Part shown: positions 1 through 11,006 of the stretch, one piece after another
Numbering within the stretch: position 1 is the first letter of the stretch
Layout: each line of letters begins with the position of its first letter
Source: Alkalilimnicola ehrlichii MLHE-1
Lineage (GTDB): Bacteria; Pseudomonadota; Gammaproteobacteria; Nitrococcales; Halorhodospiraceae
DNA: 32,000 nucleotides
Assembly (NCBI RefSeq): GCF_000014785.1
Contig: NC_008340.1
Location: forward strand, 900,001 to 932,000
Direction of reading: 5' to 3'
Translations under genes and position numbers: made by a program
Notes under the pieces: generated by a model
Database searches by the model: none
What the model was told of the DNA's origin: nothing
The model's input: only the letters and a program-made list of their open reading frames with translations

Positions 1-164
1 GACGCGACAACCCCTGTCCGGCAGAAAGGCAGGGGTGGCGGGGTCCGGGCGCGGGGGCGTGGCGGATGTGGTGTCGCGACAACACGACACTACCTGTCGC
101 ATGGTGGCGTGTATCCTGCTATCTGATCCATTATTTGACGTTATTGTTGCCTTAGGAGGGTGAA

Positions 165-3100
165 TTGGCGACCCCAGCGCTGCAGCCCGGTTTCATGGTG
201 GTCCACGGCAACCGCCTGGAGGACCTCCGCGCTCTGATCGTGGAGTGGATGCAGGCCTATCCACCGGCACCGTTGGAGACCGAAACCGTCTTGGTGCAGA
301 GCAACGGCATGGCCCAGTGGCTCAGCCATGCCCTCGCGGCTCACCCGGAGTCGGAGGAGCCGGGTTGCGGGATCGCCGCCGGTCTGTCCATGCAGCTCCC
401 GGCCCGTTTCACCTGGACCGCCTACCGCGAGGTGCTGGGGCACGAGGCGGTGCCCCCGGAGTCTCCCTTCGACAAGCGGCCGCTCACCTGGCGGCTGATG
501 CGCCTGCTGCCGGAGCTCATCGATGAGCCCGGGTTCGAGCCGCTGCGGGGCTTCCTGGCCCGGGACGATGACCGGCGTAAGCGCCACCAACTGGCCGAGC
601 GCCTGGCCGACCTGCTGGACCAGTACCAGGTCTACCGGGCCGACTGGCTGGTGGACTGGGCGCAGGGGCACGATCAATGCGCCGGCCCGGGCCGGGCGCC
701 GCGCCCCCTGGATGCGCGCGAGCGATGGCAACCCCGGCTCTGGCGCGCCCTGCTGGCGGACATGGACGAGGCGGAGCGGGGGTTGAGCCGGGCCGCCATC
801 CACGCCCGCTACCGGGAGGCGGTGCGCGAACTGGACCGGCGGCCGGCGGGACTCCCGCGCCGGCTCATCGTCTTCGGCATCTCTTCATTGCCCCACCAGG
901 TGCTTGAGGCGCTGGAGGCCCTGGCCGACTTCACCCAGATCCTGGTCTGCGTTCACAACCCCTGCGAGCACTACTGGGCGGACATCGTTGCCGACAAGGA
1001 CCTGCTGCGCGCCCGTCGCCGCCGGCAGTCGCCCAAGCCGGGCATGCCCGAACGGCTGGACGATAGCGAGCTGCACAATCACGCTCAACCGCTGCTGGCG
1101 GCCTGGGGCAAGCAGGGCCGGGACTACATCCGCCTGCTGGACGAACATGATGATCCGGCGCACTATCGCCACCTGATTGAATCCCTCTCCTGGCAGCGCA
1201 TCGACCTCTTCCGACCCCACGGGGGCGACTGCCTGCTGCACCAACTGCAGGACGATATCCGCGAGCTCCGCCCGCTGGCCGAGACCCGGGCCGCCTGGCC
1301 GCCGGTGGCCGCCGATGACGCCTCGATCCAGTTCCACATCGCCCACAGCCCCCAGCGCGAGGTGGAGATCCTCCACGACCGGCTGCTGGGGCGGTTCAAT
1401 GACGCCTCACGCCCCACCCTCCGGCCGCGCGATGTCATCGTGATGGTCCCGGACATCGACCGCTACGCCCCCCACATTCAGGCGGTCTTCGGCCAGACCG
1501 AGCCGGGCGACCCGCGCCATATCCCCTATACCCTCTCCGACCAGGGCCGACGCGGTCGCGACACCGTTCTTATCGCCCTGGAGCAACTGCTGCATCTGCC
1601 GGAGAGCCGCTGCGCGGTCAGCGAGCTGCTGGACCTGCTGGACGTACCCGCCCTTCGGCGCCGCTTTGGTCTGGAGGAGGGAGACCTGCAGCGGCTCCAC
1701 CGCTGGGCCGAAGGGGCCGGAGTGCGCTGGGGCCTGGATGCCGAGCAGCGGGCGCACCTGGACCTGCCCGCCGGGCTTACGCTGCATACCTGGCGCTTTG
1801 GCCTGCGCCGGATGCTGCTCGGCTACGCCGTCGGCAGCGGCGAGGCCTGGCACGGGGTGGAGCCCTACGACGAGGTGGGCGGCCTGGACGCCGCCCTGCT
1901 GGGACCGCTGGAGCAGTTGCTCGCCACTCTGGAGGCCGCCTGGGCGCGGCTGCGTGAAGCGCATGCCCCGGCGGTCTGGGGCGAGCATCTGCGTTGGCTG
2001 CTGGCGGCCTGTTTCGAGCCCGGAAACGAGGAGGAGGCCCTCACCCTGGAGCGATTGCAACAGACCCTGGAGCAATGGACGGCGGATTGCGAGGCGGCCG
2101 CCCTGGACGAGCCGCTACCGCTGAACGTGGTGCGCGAGCACTGGCTGGCCGGCATGGACGAGGGCGGGTTGAGCCAGCGCTTCCTCGCCGGAGCCGTCAA
2201 CTTCTGCACCCTGATGCCCATGCGCGCCATTCCCTTCCGCCTGATCTGCCTGCTGGGAATGAACGACGGTGACTACCCGCGCAGCCCCACACCGCTGGAC
2301 TTTGACCTGATGGCGGACGACTACCGCCCGGGCGACCGTTCCCGGCGGGAGGATGACCGCTATCTGTTCCTGGAGGCCCTGCTCTCGGCCCGCGAGCAGC
2401 TCTATATCAGTTGGGTGGGGCGCAGTGTGCGCGATAACGAACCCCAACCGCCCTCCGTGCTGGTGGGCCAGCTACGTGATCACCTGGCCGCCGGTTGGCG
2501 GTTGGCAGGGCCGGTGGATGAGCCGTCGACGCCGGAGACGGCGGCGCTGCTCGAGCACCTGACCCTGGCGCACCCCCTGCAGCCCTTCAGCCCCGTCCAC
2601 TTTCCGGTGGCCGGCGGGCCGGGTGCAAGGCACTTCACCTATGCCCGGGAGTGGCGGGCGGTGCAGGCCGCGGCGGCCGGCGCCGAGGAGGGCGAGGTGC
2701 GGCCCGGCATCGACCGGCCGGACAACGAGCCGCTGCCGCCCCCGGATCCGGACCAGGCCGGGGTGTTGGCCCCGGGGACCCTGGCCCGGTTTCTCCAGCG
2801 GCCGGTGCGGGCCTTCTTTGAACGCCGGCTGTCGGTCCACTTCGACGAGGACGAGGCGGCCAGCGAGGACCTGGAACCCTTCACCGTGGACGGCCTGACC
2901 CGCTGGCAGCTGCGCGAGCGGCTGGTCCAGGCTGGACTCACCCGGGCCGAGGGACCGGAGCAGTGGCCCGTGCTGATGGCCTCGGAGACCGCCCGGCTGC
3001 AGCGCAGCGGGGTGTTGCCGGTGGGGGCCGCCGGCACCCTGGAGGGTGAGCGGTTGGTCGGCGAGGCCACCGGGCTGCTGACTCGCTACCATGAACGCCT

Positions 3101-3719
3101 CCAGGCCTGCCCCGAGACCCTTCCTCCCGCCGTCCTGGCCCCGCTGAGCCACGCCACCTGGACCCTGGAGGCCCAGGTGGAGGGCCTGCGAAGCGACGGC
3201 CGGTCACGCCGGCAGTTGGGCTATACCGTCAGCCGTCTCAAAGACAGCAAGGGCAAGGCGTGGTACCCCAGCAAGCTGCTGCCGGCCTGGGTTGATCACC
3301 TGATCGCGAACGCCGCCGCGGGCGGCGTGACCACCGAGTGGATTGGGCTCGACGCCTCGTTGACCCTGCCGCCCATCGACCGGGCGGGGGCCATCGACCA
3401 CCTGCAGCGGATCCTGGCCGCCTGGGACGAGGGCCAGCGCCGACCGCTGCCTTTGGCCTGCCAGACCGCCTTCGCCTGGTTGCAGGCCGTGGCCGAGGAC
3501 AAATCGGACCCGCTGGAGATCGCCAGCTCCGCCTACGCGGGTGACGACCACCAGCCCGGTGAGGTGGGCTACGATCCCTACCTGCGCCGCGCCTACCCGC
3601 ATGCCGAGTGGCTGCTGGCCGACCCGGCCTTCGCCCACTGGGCCGAGCGGCTCTACGGCCCGCTGTGGCAAGCGGTCAAGGCACAGGATGAGGCCGAAAA
3701 GGCAGGAGGCCGCGTATGA
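165..3719 (+). CDS. recC: Exodeoxyribonuclease V (RecBCD) gamma subunit RecC
   Basis: 1184-aa ORF. The N-terminus FMVVHGNRLEDL...VLVQSNGMAQWL is the characteristic RecC start. TTG start at 165 with AGGAGG at 153-158. The stop overlaps the next ATG (ATGA, 3716-3719). recB and recD follow in canonical order. Confidence 0.93.
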   Translation: MATPALQPGFMVVHGNRLEDLRALIVEWMQAYPPAPLETETVLVQSNGMAQWLSHALAAHPESEEPGCGIAAGLSMQLPARFTWTAYREVLGHEAVPPESPFDKRPLTWRLMRLLPELIDEPGFEPLRGFLARDDDRRKRHQLAERLADLLDQYQVYRADWLVDWAQGHDQCAGPGRAPRPLDARERWQPRLWRALLADMDEAERGLSRAAIHARYREAVRELDRRPAGLPRRLIVFGISSLPHQVLEALEALADFTQILVCVHNPCEHYWADIVADKDLLRARRRRQSPKPGMPERLDDSELHNHAQPLLAAWGKQGRDYIRLLDEHDDPAHYRHLIESLSWQRIDLFRPHGGDCLLHQLQDDIRELRPLAETRAAWPPVAADDASIQFHIAHSPQREVEILHDRLLGRFNDASRPTLRPRDVIVMVPDIDRYAPHIQAVFGQTEPGDPRHIPYTLSDQGRRGRDTVLIALEQLLHLPESRCAVSELLDLLDVPALRRRFGLEEGDLQRLHRWAEGAGVRWGLDAEQRAHLDLPAGLTLHTWRFGLRRMLLGYAVGSGEAWHGVEPYDEVGGLDAALLGPLEQLLATLEAAWARLREAHAPAVWGEHLRWLLAACFEPGNEEEALTLERLQQTLEQWTADCEAAALDEPLPLNVVREHWLAGMDEGGLSQRFLAGAVNFCTLMPMRAIPFRLICLLGMNDGDYPRSPTPLDFDLMADDYRPGDRSRREDDRYLFLEALLSAREQLYISWVGRSVRDNEPQPPSVLVGQLRDHLAAGWRLAGPVDEPSTPETAALLEHLTLAHPLQPFSPVHFPVAGGPGARHFTYAREWRAVQAAAAGAEEGEVRPGIDRPDNEPLPPPDPDQAGVLAPGTLARFLQRPVRAFFERRLSVHFDEDEAASEDLEPFTVDGLTRWQLRERLVQAGLTRAEGPEQWPVLMASETARLQRSGVLPVGAAGTLEGERLVGEATGLLTRYHERLQACPETLPPAVLAPLSHATWTLEAQVEGLRSDGRSRRQLGYTVSRLKDSKGKAWYPSKLLPAWVDHLIANAAAGGVTTEWIGLDASLTLPPIDRAGAIDHLQRILAAWDEGQRRPLPLACQTAFAWLQAVAEDKSDPLEIASSAYAGDDHQPGEVGYDPYLRRAYPHAEWLLADPAFAHWAERLYGPLWQAVKAQDEAEKAGGRV

Positions 3720-6700
3720 GCCAGAGTGCGCCCCGACCGCTGGAGTTGCTGCGCCTGCCGCTGCACGGCAGCCGCCTGATCGAGGCCAGCGCCGGCACCG
3801 GTAAGACCTTCACCATCGCCGCCCTCTACCTGCGCCTGGTCCTTGGGCACGGCGAGCAGCGCGCGGGCGGCGGGCCGCTGGTGCCACCGCAGATCCTGGT
3901 GGTCACCTTTACCGAGGCGGCCACCCGGGAGTTGCGCGACCGCATCCGCGAACGGCTCAGCCAGGCTGCAGCGGCCTTCCGCGATCCGGCCCGGTACCCG
4001 GACGATCCGGTGCTGCCGGCACTGCGCGCTGAATATGACGAGCACGAGCGGCCCGCCATGGCGCGCCGACTGGAGTTGGCCGCTGAGTGGATGGACGAGT
4101 CGGCGGTCTCCACCATCCACAGCTGGTGCTACCGCATGCTGCGCGAGCACGCCTTCGACAGCGGTAGCCTCTTCACCCAGGACCTGGAGGCAGATCAGAC
4201 CGCGCTCCTGGCCGAGGCCGTGCGCGATTACTGGCGCAGCTTCCTCTATCCATTGGCGCCGGAGGCCCTGGTCCTGGCGCGCCGTGCGCTGGGTGACGAC
4301 CCCGAGGCCCAGCGGCAGAAGGTCCGGCCGCTGATCGGCCAGGCGGCCCCGGTGGCGCCCGGACTGGACTCGCCGGAGGGCTTTGCCGGGGTGCTCGACG
4401 ACCGGTTGCAGGCCCTGGAGCGCCTCAAACGGCCCTGGCGCGAGCAGTTCGAGGCCCTGGAGGCGCAGTTCCATGCCCTGCGCAAGGCGGTGCTCAACGG
4501 CCGGAAGTACCAAAAGCCCGAGGCCCTGATGGCCGCCATGCGGGCCTGGGCGGAGGACCCCGCGGCCCTGCAGCCGGAGCCGGTGGGCAGCACCAGTGTG
4601 CTGGGGCGGCTCTGCGCCCGGGGGCTCGCCGCCGGTTGCCGGAAGGGACAGACGCTGCCGGAGGACCTGCACCCCGGCTTCACGGCGTTGGATGACTACG
4701 AGCACCTCTGCCAACTGCCGGAGGCGGACCTGCTCAATGCCGCGGCCAACTGGATCGGTCAACGCTTCCACCAGGCCCAGCGGCGACGGGCGCAGATGGG
4801 CTTCGATGACCTGCTCACCCGGCTGGACCAGGCGCTGACCCAGGGCGAGGCGGGTGAGCGTCTGGCCGCCACCCTGCGCCGGCAGTTCCCGGTGGCCCTG
4901 ATCGATGAGTTCCAGGACACCGACCCGGTGCAGTACCGCATCTTCCAGCGGGTCTACCGGGTGGCGGACAACCCCCGGGAACAGGCCCTGCTGCTCATCG
5001 GCGACCCCAAACAGGCCATCTACAGCTTCCGCGGCGCCGACATCCACAGTTACCTGCAGGCGCGGCGGGCCACTGCTGGCCGCCACTACACCCTGCCGCG
5101 CAACTTCCGCTCCACCGGGGCCATGGTGCGCGGGGTCAACCGGCTGTTCCAGCATGCCGAGCAGGCCTGGCCCGAGGGCGCCTTCCTGTTCCGGGTGGCG
5201 GAGGAAAACCCCGTGCCCTTCCTGCCGGTGGCGGCCCAGGGCCGCGCGGAGGCGCTGGAGGTGCACGGCGCCGCCCAGCCGGCCCTCACTCTCTGGTGGG
5301 AGGACGAGGGCGAGCCGGTGGCCGGGAAGCACTACCTGCCGCGCCAGGCGGCGGCCTGTGCCAGCCACATCGTGGCGTTGCTGAACGCCGGTGCTGCGCG
5401 CCAGGCCGGGTTCCGCGACCCGGATGGAGGGTTGGTGTCGCTGCGGCCCCGGGACATGGCGGTGCTGGTGCGCGACTACAACGAGGCGCGCGCCATCCAG
5501 CAGGCCCTGGCCCGGCGCCGGGTGCGCAGCGTTTACCTGTCCGACCGGGAGTCCGTCTACCGCACCGATGCGGCCGGGGACCTGCTGCGCTGGCTGCGCG
5601 CCTGCGCCGAGCCCACCGTGGAGCGGCTGTTACGGGCCGCCCTGGCCACGCCCACCCTGGGCCTGCCGGTGGCCGAGCTGCACCGCCTGACCGCCGACGA
5701 GCTGCTTTGGGAGCGCCGGGTCGAGCAGTTCCGCGGATACCGCCGGCTCTGGCAGGGGCAGGGGGTCCTGCCCATGCTGCGCCGGCTGCTGCACGATTTC
5801 GCGGTGCCGGCGCGGCTGGTGGCGCGAGCGGACGGCGAACGGGTGCTGACCAACCTGCTGCATCTCAGCGAGCTGCTGCAGCAGGCGGCCGCCGAACTGG
5901 ACGGCGAGCAGGCCCTGATCCGCCACTTGGTGGAGCATCGCAGCGGCAACGGCGAGGGAGGGGATGAGCAGATCCTGCGCCTGGAGAGCGACGAGGACCT
6001 GGTCAAGGTGGTCACTGTGCACAAAGCCAAGGGCCTGGAGTACCCGCTGGTCTTCCTCCCGTTCATCTGCACCTTCAAACCGGTGGACGGGAAGCGCCTT
6101 CCCTACCTCGACCGCACCACCGGCGGTGCCCCGCGCTGGTTGTTCGAGATGGACGAGGAGACCCGCGCGCGCGCCGACCGCGCCCGCCTGGCCGAGGACC
6201 TGCGCCTGCTCTACGTGGCCATGACCCGGGCCCGCCACGCCTGCTGGCTGGGCCTGGCCCCCGTCAAGCGGGGCACCCGCAAGTCCAACCAACTGCACCA
6301 GAGCGCGGTGGGCTACCTGCTGGCTGGCCCGGAGGGAGTGGTGGACGGGGGGCTGGAGGCCGCCCTGCTGCGGGCGCGCGGCGAGGAGTCGGCGATTGCG
6401 GTCACCCCGCTGCCGGCGGCCAGCGACGAGGGCTATCGCGGTCCGGAGCACCGCCCGGCCCTCGGTCCGGCCCGGGTGCCGCGGCGGCCGGCCTACGAGC
6501 ACTGGTGGATCGCCAGTTACAGCGCCCTGTCCCTGCACGCGGAACCCGCGGCCGGTGAGGCGGTGGGGGAGCCGGCCCGGGCGAGTGCATCGACGGCGCC
6601 GGAGAGCGTGGGCCAGGAGATCATCCGCGAGACGGTCGCCGAGGCCGGAGAGAGCGCCGGGCCCGACAGCGCGGCCCTCGCATTGCACCGCTTCCCGCGC

Positions 6701-7444
6701 GGCCCGGGGCCGGGGACCTTCCTCCACGGCCTGCTGGAATGGGCCGCGGACCAGGGGTTTGCCGGCCTGGCCGAACAGCCCGCCCTGTTACAGCGGGAAG
6801 TGGCCCGCCGCTGTCGCCGGCGCGGCTGGTCCGAGTGGGCCGGGCCGGTGGCCGACTGGCTGCTGCGTCTGCTGCAGGCCGACTACCCCCTGCCGGAGGG
6901 TGGGGCGCTGCGCCTCACGGCCCTGCCCAGCTATCAGCCGGAGCTGGAATTCCTGTTCCAGACCCGCTGGTTGAATGCCGCCCGCCTGGACCGGGCGGTG
7001 ACCGCCGCGACCCTGGACGCGGCGCCGCGGCCACCGGCCCGGGCGGCGCTGCTGAACGGGATGCTCAAGGGCTTTATCGACCTGGTCTGCGAGCAGGACG
7101 GGCGCTACTACGTGGCCGATTACAAGTCCAACTGGCTGGGCCAGGGGCTGGAGGACTATGCGCCGGAGGCCCTGCGGGCGGCCGTGCTCGCCCGCCGCTA
7201 CGACCTGCAACTGGTGCTCTATACCCTGGCGCTGCACCGGCTGCTACGGGCGCGACTGCCCGGCTACGACTACGAGCGCCACGTGGGCGGGGCGGTGTAC
7301 CTCTTCCTGCGCGGCCTGGATGCCCCGGGTCGGGGTCTGTTCCACTGCCGGCCACCGCGGGCGCTGATCGAACAACTGGACGACTGGCTGCAGCAGGGCC
7401 CCGACCGGCCCGATGTGCAGGCCACGGGGAGTGATGATGCCTGA
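3716..7444 (+). CDS. recB: Exodeoxyribonuclease V beta subunit RecB (helicase/nuclease)
   Basis: 1242-aa ORF. UvrD-type helicase motifs are present: [33 protein letters not shown] and [18 protein letters not shown]. The C-terminal RecB-nuclease motif is GFIDLV...YYVADYKSN. It is coupled to recC (ATGA overlap) and overlaps recD. Confidence 0.95.
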   Translation: MSQSAPRPLELLRLPLHGSRLIEASAGTGKTFTIAALYLRLVLGHGEQRAGGGPLVPPQILVVTFTEAATRELRDRIRERLSQAAAAFRDPARYPDDPVLPALRAEYDEHERPAMARRLELAAEWMDESAVSTIHSWCYRMLREHAFDSGSLFTQDLEADQTALLAEAVRDYWRSFLYPLAPEALVLARRALGDDPEAQRQKVRPLIGQAAPVAPGLDSPEGFAGVLDDRLQALERLKRPWREQFEALEAQFHALRKAVLNGRKYQKPEALMAAMRAWAEDPAALQPEPVGSTSVLGRLCARGLAAGCRKGQTLPEDLHPGFTALDDYEHLCQLPEADLLNAAANWIGQRFHQAQRRRAQMGFDDLLTRLDQALTQGEAGERLAATLRRQFPVALIDEFQDTDPVQYRIFQRVYRVADNPREQALLLIGDPKQAIYSFRGADIHSYLQARRATAGRHYTLPRNFRSTGAMVRGVNRLFQHAEQAWPEGAFLFRVAEENPVPFLPVAAQGRAEALEVHGAAQPALTLWWEDEGEPVAGKHYLPRQAAACASHIVALLNAGAARQAGFRDPDGGLVSLRPRDMAVLVRDYNEARAIQQALARRRVRSVYLSDRESVYRTDAAGDLLRWLRACAEPTVERLLRAALATPTLGLPVAELHRLTADELLWERRVEQFRGYRRLWQGQGVLPMLRRLLHDFAVPARLVARADGERVLTNLLHLSELLQQAAAELDGEQALIRHLVEHRSGNGEGGDEQILRLESDEDLVKVVTVHKAKGLEYPLVFLPFICTFKPVDGKRLPYLDRTTGGAPRWLFEMDEETRARADRARLAEDLRLLYVAMTRARHACWLGLAPVKRGTRKSNQLHQSAVGYLLAGPEGVVDGGLEAALLRARGEESAIAVTPLPAASDEGYRGPEHRPALGPARVPRRPAYEHWWIASYSALSLHAEPAAGEAVGEPARASASTAPESVGQEIIRETVAEAGESAGPDSAALALHRFPRGPGPGTFLHGLLEWAADQGFAGLAEQPALLQREVARRCRRRGWSEWAGPVADWLLRLLQADYPLPEGGALRLTALPSYQPELEFLFQTRWLNAARLDRAVTAATLDAAPRPPARAALLNGMLKGFIDLVCEQDGRYYVADYKSNWLGQGLEDYAPEALRAAVLARRYDLQLVLYTLALHRLLRARLPGYDYERHVGGAVYLFLRGLDAPGRGLFHCRPPRALIEQLDDWLQQGPDRPDVQATGSDDA

Positions 7445-9548
7445 GACAGCCACCCATCCGTCATCCGCACCGGACCCGTTGCAGAGTGCGGCCGGGACCC
7501 TGGCCCTGCTCGAGGCGTGGGTGGACGGCGGCTGGCTGCGCCCGCTGGACCGCGCCCTGGCCGTCTTCCTGCACCAGCACGTGCCCCAGGCGCCGCCGTT
7601 GCTGCTTCTCCTGGCCGCGCTCACCAGCCACCAGGTCGGCCGCGGCCACGTTTGCCTGGAACTGCCCGCGCTGCAGGCCGACCCGGACGGCACCCTTTCG
7701 CTGCCGCCGGAGGGCGGCGCGGAGGGGGCCGCGCGCCCCTCCCGCTGGCTGCAGGGGCTCGATGAGGCGGCGCTGGCCGCAGCGCTGGACTGCCCGGAGC
7801 TGGTGCAGGACGGGCCGGGCAGTAGCCCCCTGGTGCGACAGGAGCAGCGGCTCTACCTGCGCCGCTACTGGGACTGCGAGGTGCGGATCGGCCAGGCACT
7901 GCACCGGCGCATGGCCGCGGCCGCGGACTGGCAACAGGGGCTGGATGGCGAGGCCACCCGGCGCTGGCTGGAGCGACTGTTTCCGGCTGGGGGCGGGGCG
8001 GCCACCGACTGGCAGCGGCTGGCCTGCGCCTTGGCCGCCGGGCGGGGCTTCACCGTGATCACCGGCGGCCCCGGGACCGGCAAGACCACCACCGTGCTGC
8101 GGCTGCTGGTGCTGCTCCAGGCCTTGCAGCAGGCGGCTGCCGATGCGCCGTTGCGCATCCGCATGGCCGCCCCCACCGGCAAGGCCGCCGCCCGGCTGAA
8201 CGCCTCGGTGGCCGGGGCGCTCGCGCGCCTGCCGCTCGACGGCGTGGCGGATGCCGAGGCCCTGCGAGCGGCGATTCCCACCGAGGTGGTCACCGTGCAC
8301 CGGCTCCTGGGGGCGCGGCCCGACAGCCGCCATTTCCGCCACCGCGCCGGCGAGCCGCTGCCGCTGGACGTGCTAGTGGTGGACGAGGCGTCCATGATCG
8401 ACCTGGAGCTCATGGCCAGTCTGCTGGACGCCCTTCCGCCGGAGGCCCGCTTGATCCTGCTCGGGGACAAGGACCAGCTCGCCTCCGTGGAGGCCGGCGC
8501 CGTGATGGGCGAACTCTGCCATCGGGCCGACGGGGGGCATTACACCCCGGCCACCACCGCCTGGCTCTCCGAGGTCAGCGGTGAGAGCGTCCCGGCGGAC
8601 TACCGGGATCCCGCGGGGCGGCCGCTGGACCAGCACATCGTCATGCTGCGCCACAGCCACCGTTTCGGCGCCGACAGCGGCATCGGCGCGCTGGCGCGGG
8701 CCGTCAACGGCGGTGACGCGGCGGCGGTGGAGGCGCTCTGGGCCGCTGGCGCTTCCCATCCGGACATCGCACGCCTCCACCTCGCGGGGCCGGAGGATCC
8801 GGCCCTGGAGGCGCTTGCCGTGGCCGGCGGGGCAGACCACTTCGCCGCCGGCGCTTCAGGCGAGGGGCCGCGGGGCTATCGCTACTACCTCGAGGCCATG
8901 CACGACGGGCGCCCGCGCGATGATGCCCCGCGCAGCGCCTGGGACGACTGGGCCCGGTCCGTGCTGCAGGCCCAGGGCGCGTTCCAGTTGCTGGGCGCCG
9001 TCCGCCGCGGGCCCTGGGGGGTGGAGGCCCTGAACCAGCGGATCGCCGCCGCCCTGCGGGATGCCGGCCTGGTCCGCGCCACCTCGGCCTGGTATGCGGG
9101 GCGTCCGGTGATTGTCACCCGCAACGATTACGACCTGGGCCTGATCAACGGCGATATGGGGGTGGCCCTGGCGGTACCGGAGGGGCTGGCCGGGGGCGCA
9201 CCAAGTGATGACGCCGGGCGGCGGGACGGTGCGCGGACGGTGCTGCGGGTGGCCTTTCTGGCCAGCGACGGCAGCGGGCGGATCCGCTGGGTGCTGCCCA
9301 GCCGGCTGGAGCAGGTGGAGACCGCCTACGCCCTCACCGTGCACAAGGCCCAGGGTTCGGAGTTTCGGCACGCCGCGCTGGTGCTGCCGGACCGGGTGGC
9401 GCCGGTGCTCACCCGCGAGCTGTTGTACACCGGTATCACCCGTGCCAGCGACTGGTTCAGCCTGTTGGAGCCGCCGGGCGGGGTGCTGGTGCGCGCCATC
9501 CGCCAGCGCACCCTGCGCAGCGGCGGGCTGCGCACGCGGCTGGTGTGA
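7434..9548 (+). CDS. recD: Exodeoxyribonuclease V alpha subunit RecD
   Basis: Walker A is [13 protein letters not shown], Walker B is [10 protein letters not shown], and a late helicase motif is [12 protein letters not shown]. The N-terminal LRPLD...GRGHVCLEL resembles E. coli RecD. The track ORF opens at 7413. ATG 7434 or 7437, behind GGGGAG (7426-7431) and overlapping the recB stop (7442-7444), is the likelier start. Confidence 0.9.
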   Translation: MMPETATHPSSAPDPLQSAAGTLALLEAWVDGGWLRPLDRALAVFLHQHVPQAPPLLLLLAALTSHQVGRGHVCLELPALQADPDGTLSLPPEGGAEGAARPSRWLQGLDEAALAAALDCPELVQDGPGSSPLVRQEQRLYLRRYWDCEVRIGQALHRRMAAAADWQQGLDGEATRRWLERLFPAGGGAATDWQRLACALAAGRGFTVITGGPGTGKTTTVLRLLVLLQALQQAAADAPLRIRMAAPTGKAAARLNASVAGALARLPLDGVADAEALRAAIPTEVVTVHRLLGARPDSRHFRHRAGEPLPLDVLVVDEASMIDLELMASLLDALPPEARLILLGDKDQLASVEAGAVMGELCHRADGGHYTPATTAWLSEVSGESVPADYRDPAGRPLDQHIVMLRHSHRFGADSGIGALARAVNGGDAAAVEALWAAGASHPDIARLHLAGPEDPALEALAVAGGADHFAAGASGEGPRGYRYYLEAMHDGRPRDDAPRSAWDDWARSVLQAQGAFQLLGAVRRGPWGVEALNQRIAAALRDAGLVRATSAWYAGRPVIVTRNDYDLGLINGDMGVALAVPEGLAGGAPSDDAGRRDGARTVLRVAFLASDGSGRIRWVLPSRLEQVETAYALTVHKAQGSEFRHAALVLPDRVAPVLTRELLYTGITRASDWFSLLEPPGGVLVRAIRQRTLRSGGLRTRLV

Positions 9549-9605
9549 CCGGCGCGCGGCGGCGGCCGCCCGGAGCGGGGCGGTGCTACCGTGGCTCCGA
9601 CACCC

Positions 9606-9614
9606 TGATACAAT
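9606..9614 (+). promoter_or_regulatory. Candidate extended -10 element (TGaTACAAT) for hemL
   Basis: TGATACAAT sits 48 nt upstream of the hemL ATG in the recD-hemL gap. No good -35 is present, which is acceptable for extended -10 promoters. The call rests on sequence pattern only. Confidence 0.3.
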
Positions 9615-9661
9615 CGGTCGAAACCGCGCATTCACTCACGGAAACACCTGAGGAGACCCCC

Positions 9662-10951
9662 ATGCAGCGCTCCCACGAGCTCTTCGAACGCGCCCGCCAG
9701 CACATCGTCGGTGGGGTCAACTCGCCGGTGCGCGCCTTCACCGGCGTCGGCGGCGAGCCGCCCTTCATCGCCCGGGCGGAAGGCCCCTACCTCTACGACG
9801 AGGACGGCAACCGCTACGTGGACTACGTCTGCTCCTGGGGCCCGATGGTGGCCGGTCACGCCCATCCCAAGGTGGTCCGCGCCGTGCAGGCCGCGGCCGC
9901 GGACGGCCTGTCCTTCGGCGCCCCCACTGAGGTGGAGATCCGCATGGCCGAGAAGCTGAAGGCCATGCTGCCGAGCCTGGAGCGGGTGCGCATGGTCAAC
10001 TCCGGTACCGAAGCCACCATGAGCGCGCTGCGCCTGGCGCGCGGCCACACCGGTCGGGAGAAGATCATCAAGTTCCGGGGCTGCTACCACGGCCACGTGG
10101 ATGCCCTGCTGGTGCAGGCCGGCTCCGGGGCACTCACCCTGGGTATACCCGGCTCCCCCGGGGTGCCGGCCGCGGTGGTGGAGCAGACAATCACCCTGCC
10201 GTACAACGACGCCGAGGCCGTGCGCGAGTGCTTCCAGCGGATGGGGGACGAGATCGCCGCGGTCATTGTCGAGCCGGTGGCCGGTAACATGAACTGCGTG
10301 CCCCCGGTGCCCGGCTTCCTGGAGGCCCTGCGCGAGTGCTGCGACGACCACGGCAGCGTGCTGATCTTCGACGAGGTGATGACCGGCTTCCGGGTTGGCG
10401 TACAGTGCGCCCAGGGCCGCTACGGCATCACCCCGGACCTCACCTGCCTGGGCAAGGTCATCGGCGGTGGCATGCCGGTGGGGGCCTTCGGCGGCAAGGC
10501 GCAGATCATGGCCGACCTGGCTCCGGAAGGCCCGGTCTACCAGGCCGGCACCCTGTCCGGTAATCCGGTGGCGATGGCCGCAGGGCTGGCGACCCTCGCC
10601 CTGGTCGACGACCCGGCAACCCACCGCGCCCTCGAGGAGGCCACCGCCACCCTGGTGGATGGGTTGCGTGAGCGGGCCGAGGCCGCCGGCGTGAGCGTCT
10701 CGCTGAACCAGGCCGGGAGCATGTTCGGGCTGTTCTTCACCGATCAGAATCCGGTCACCACCTTCGAGCAGGTGCAGGCCTGTGACTTGGAGGCCTTCAA
10801 GGTCTTCTTCCACGCCATGTTGGAGGAGGGGGTCTATATGGCGCCGTCCGCCTTCGAGGCCGGCTTCCTCTCCACCGCCCACGACACCCCCGCCATCGAG
10901 TACACCCTGGCCGCCGCCGAACGGGCCTTCGCCCGCGTGGCGCGCCGCTAG
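9662..10951 (+). CDS. hemL: Glutamate-1-semialdehyde 2,1-aminomutase
   Basis: [26 protein letters not shown]... is the classic HemL N-terminus. PLP-aminotransferase class III motifs are present ([30 protein letters not shown]). AGGAG at 9651-9655 lies 6 nt before ATG 9662. The track ORF start at 9545 is a spurious 39-codon extension overlapping the recD stop. Confidence 0.95.
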   Translation: MQRSHELFERARQHIVGGVNSPVRAFTGVGGEPPFIARAEGPYLYDEDGNRYVDYVCSWGPMVAGHAHPKVVRAVQAAAADGLSFGAPTEVEIRMAEKLKAMLPSLERVRMVNSGTEATMSALRLARGHTGREKIIKFRGCYHGHVDALLVQAGSGALTLGIPGSPGVPAAVVEQTITLPYNDAEAVRECFQRMGDEIAAVIVEPVAGNMNCVPPVPGFLEALRECCDDHGSVLIFDEVMTGFRVGVQCAQGRYGITPDLTCLGKVIGGGMPVGAFGGKAQIMADLAPEGPVYQAGTLSGNPVAMAAGLATLALVDDPATHRALEEATATLVDGLRERAEAAGVSVSLNQAGSMFGLFFTDQNPVTTFEQVQACDLEAFKVFFHAMLEEGVYMAPSAFEAGFLSTAHDTPAIEYTLAAAERAFARVARR

Positions 10952-11006
10952 AGCGGACCCCGGGAACGGGCGTAGGGCCCCTTCCCGGCCGGTCTGAACC
11001 GGGTCC

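Noticed and set aside
3-83. A 9-nt direct repeat cgcgacaac (3-11 and 75-83) and small hairpins upstream of recC.
   Set aside because: They are too short to distinguish from chance. No recognisable operator or promoter geometry relates them to the recC TTG start.
645-652. E. coli-type Chi octamers (GCTGGTGG) next to and inside recBCD. Examples are near 645, 2458, 5814, 22501, 24781 and 31664.
   Set aside because: The octamer is G/C-rich and expected by chance at about this frequency in ~68% GC DNA. Chi sequences are species-specific. No orientation bias can be assessed from one window.
9545-9661. A 39-codon N-terminal extension of the hemL ORF, and similar extensions of the crcB ORFs at 22422-22478 and 22694-22849.
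   Set aside because: The extensions are arginine- and proline-rich, overlap upstream genes, and precede well-placed SD-ATG pairs. Family-typical N-termini begin at those downstream ATGs.
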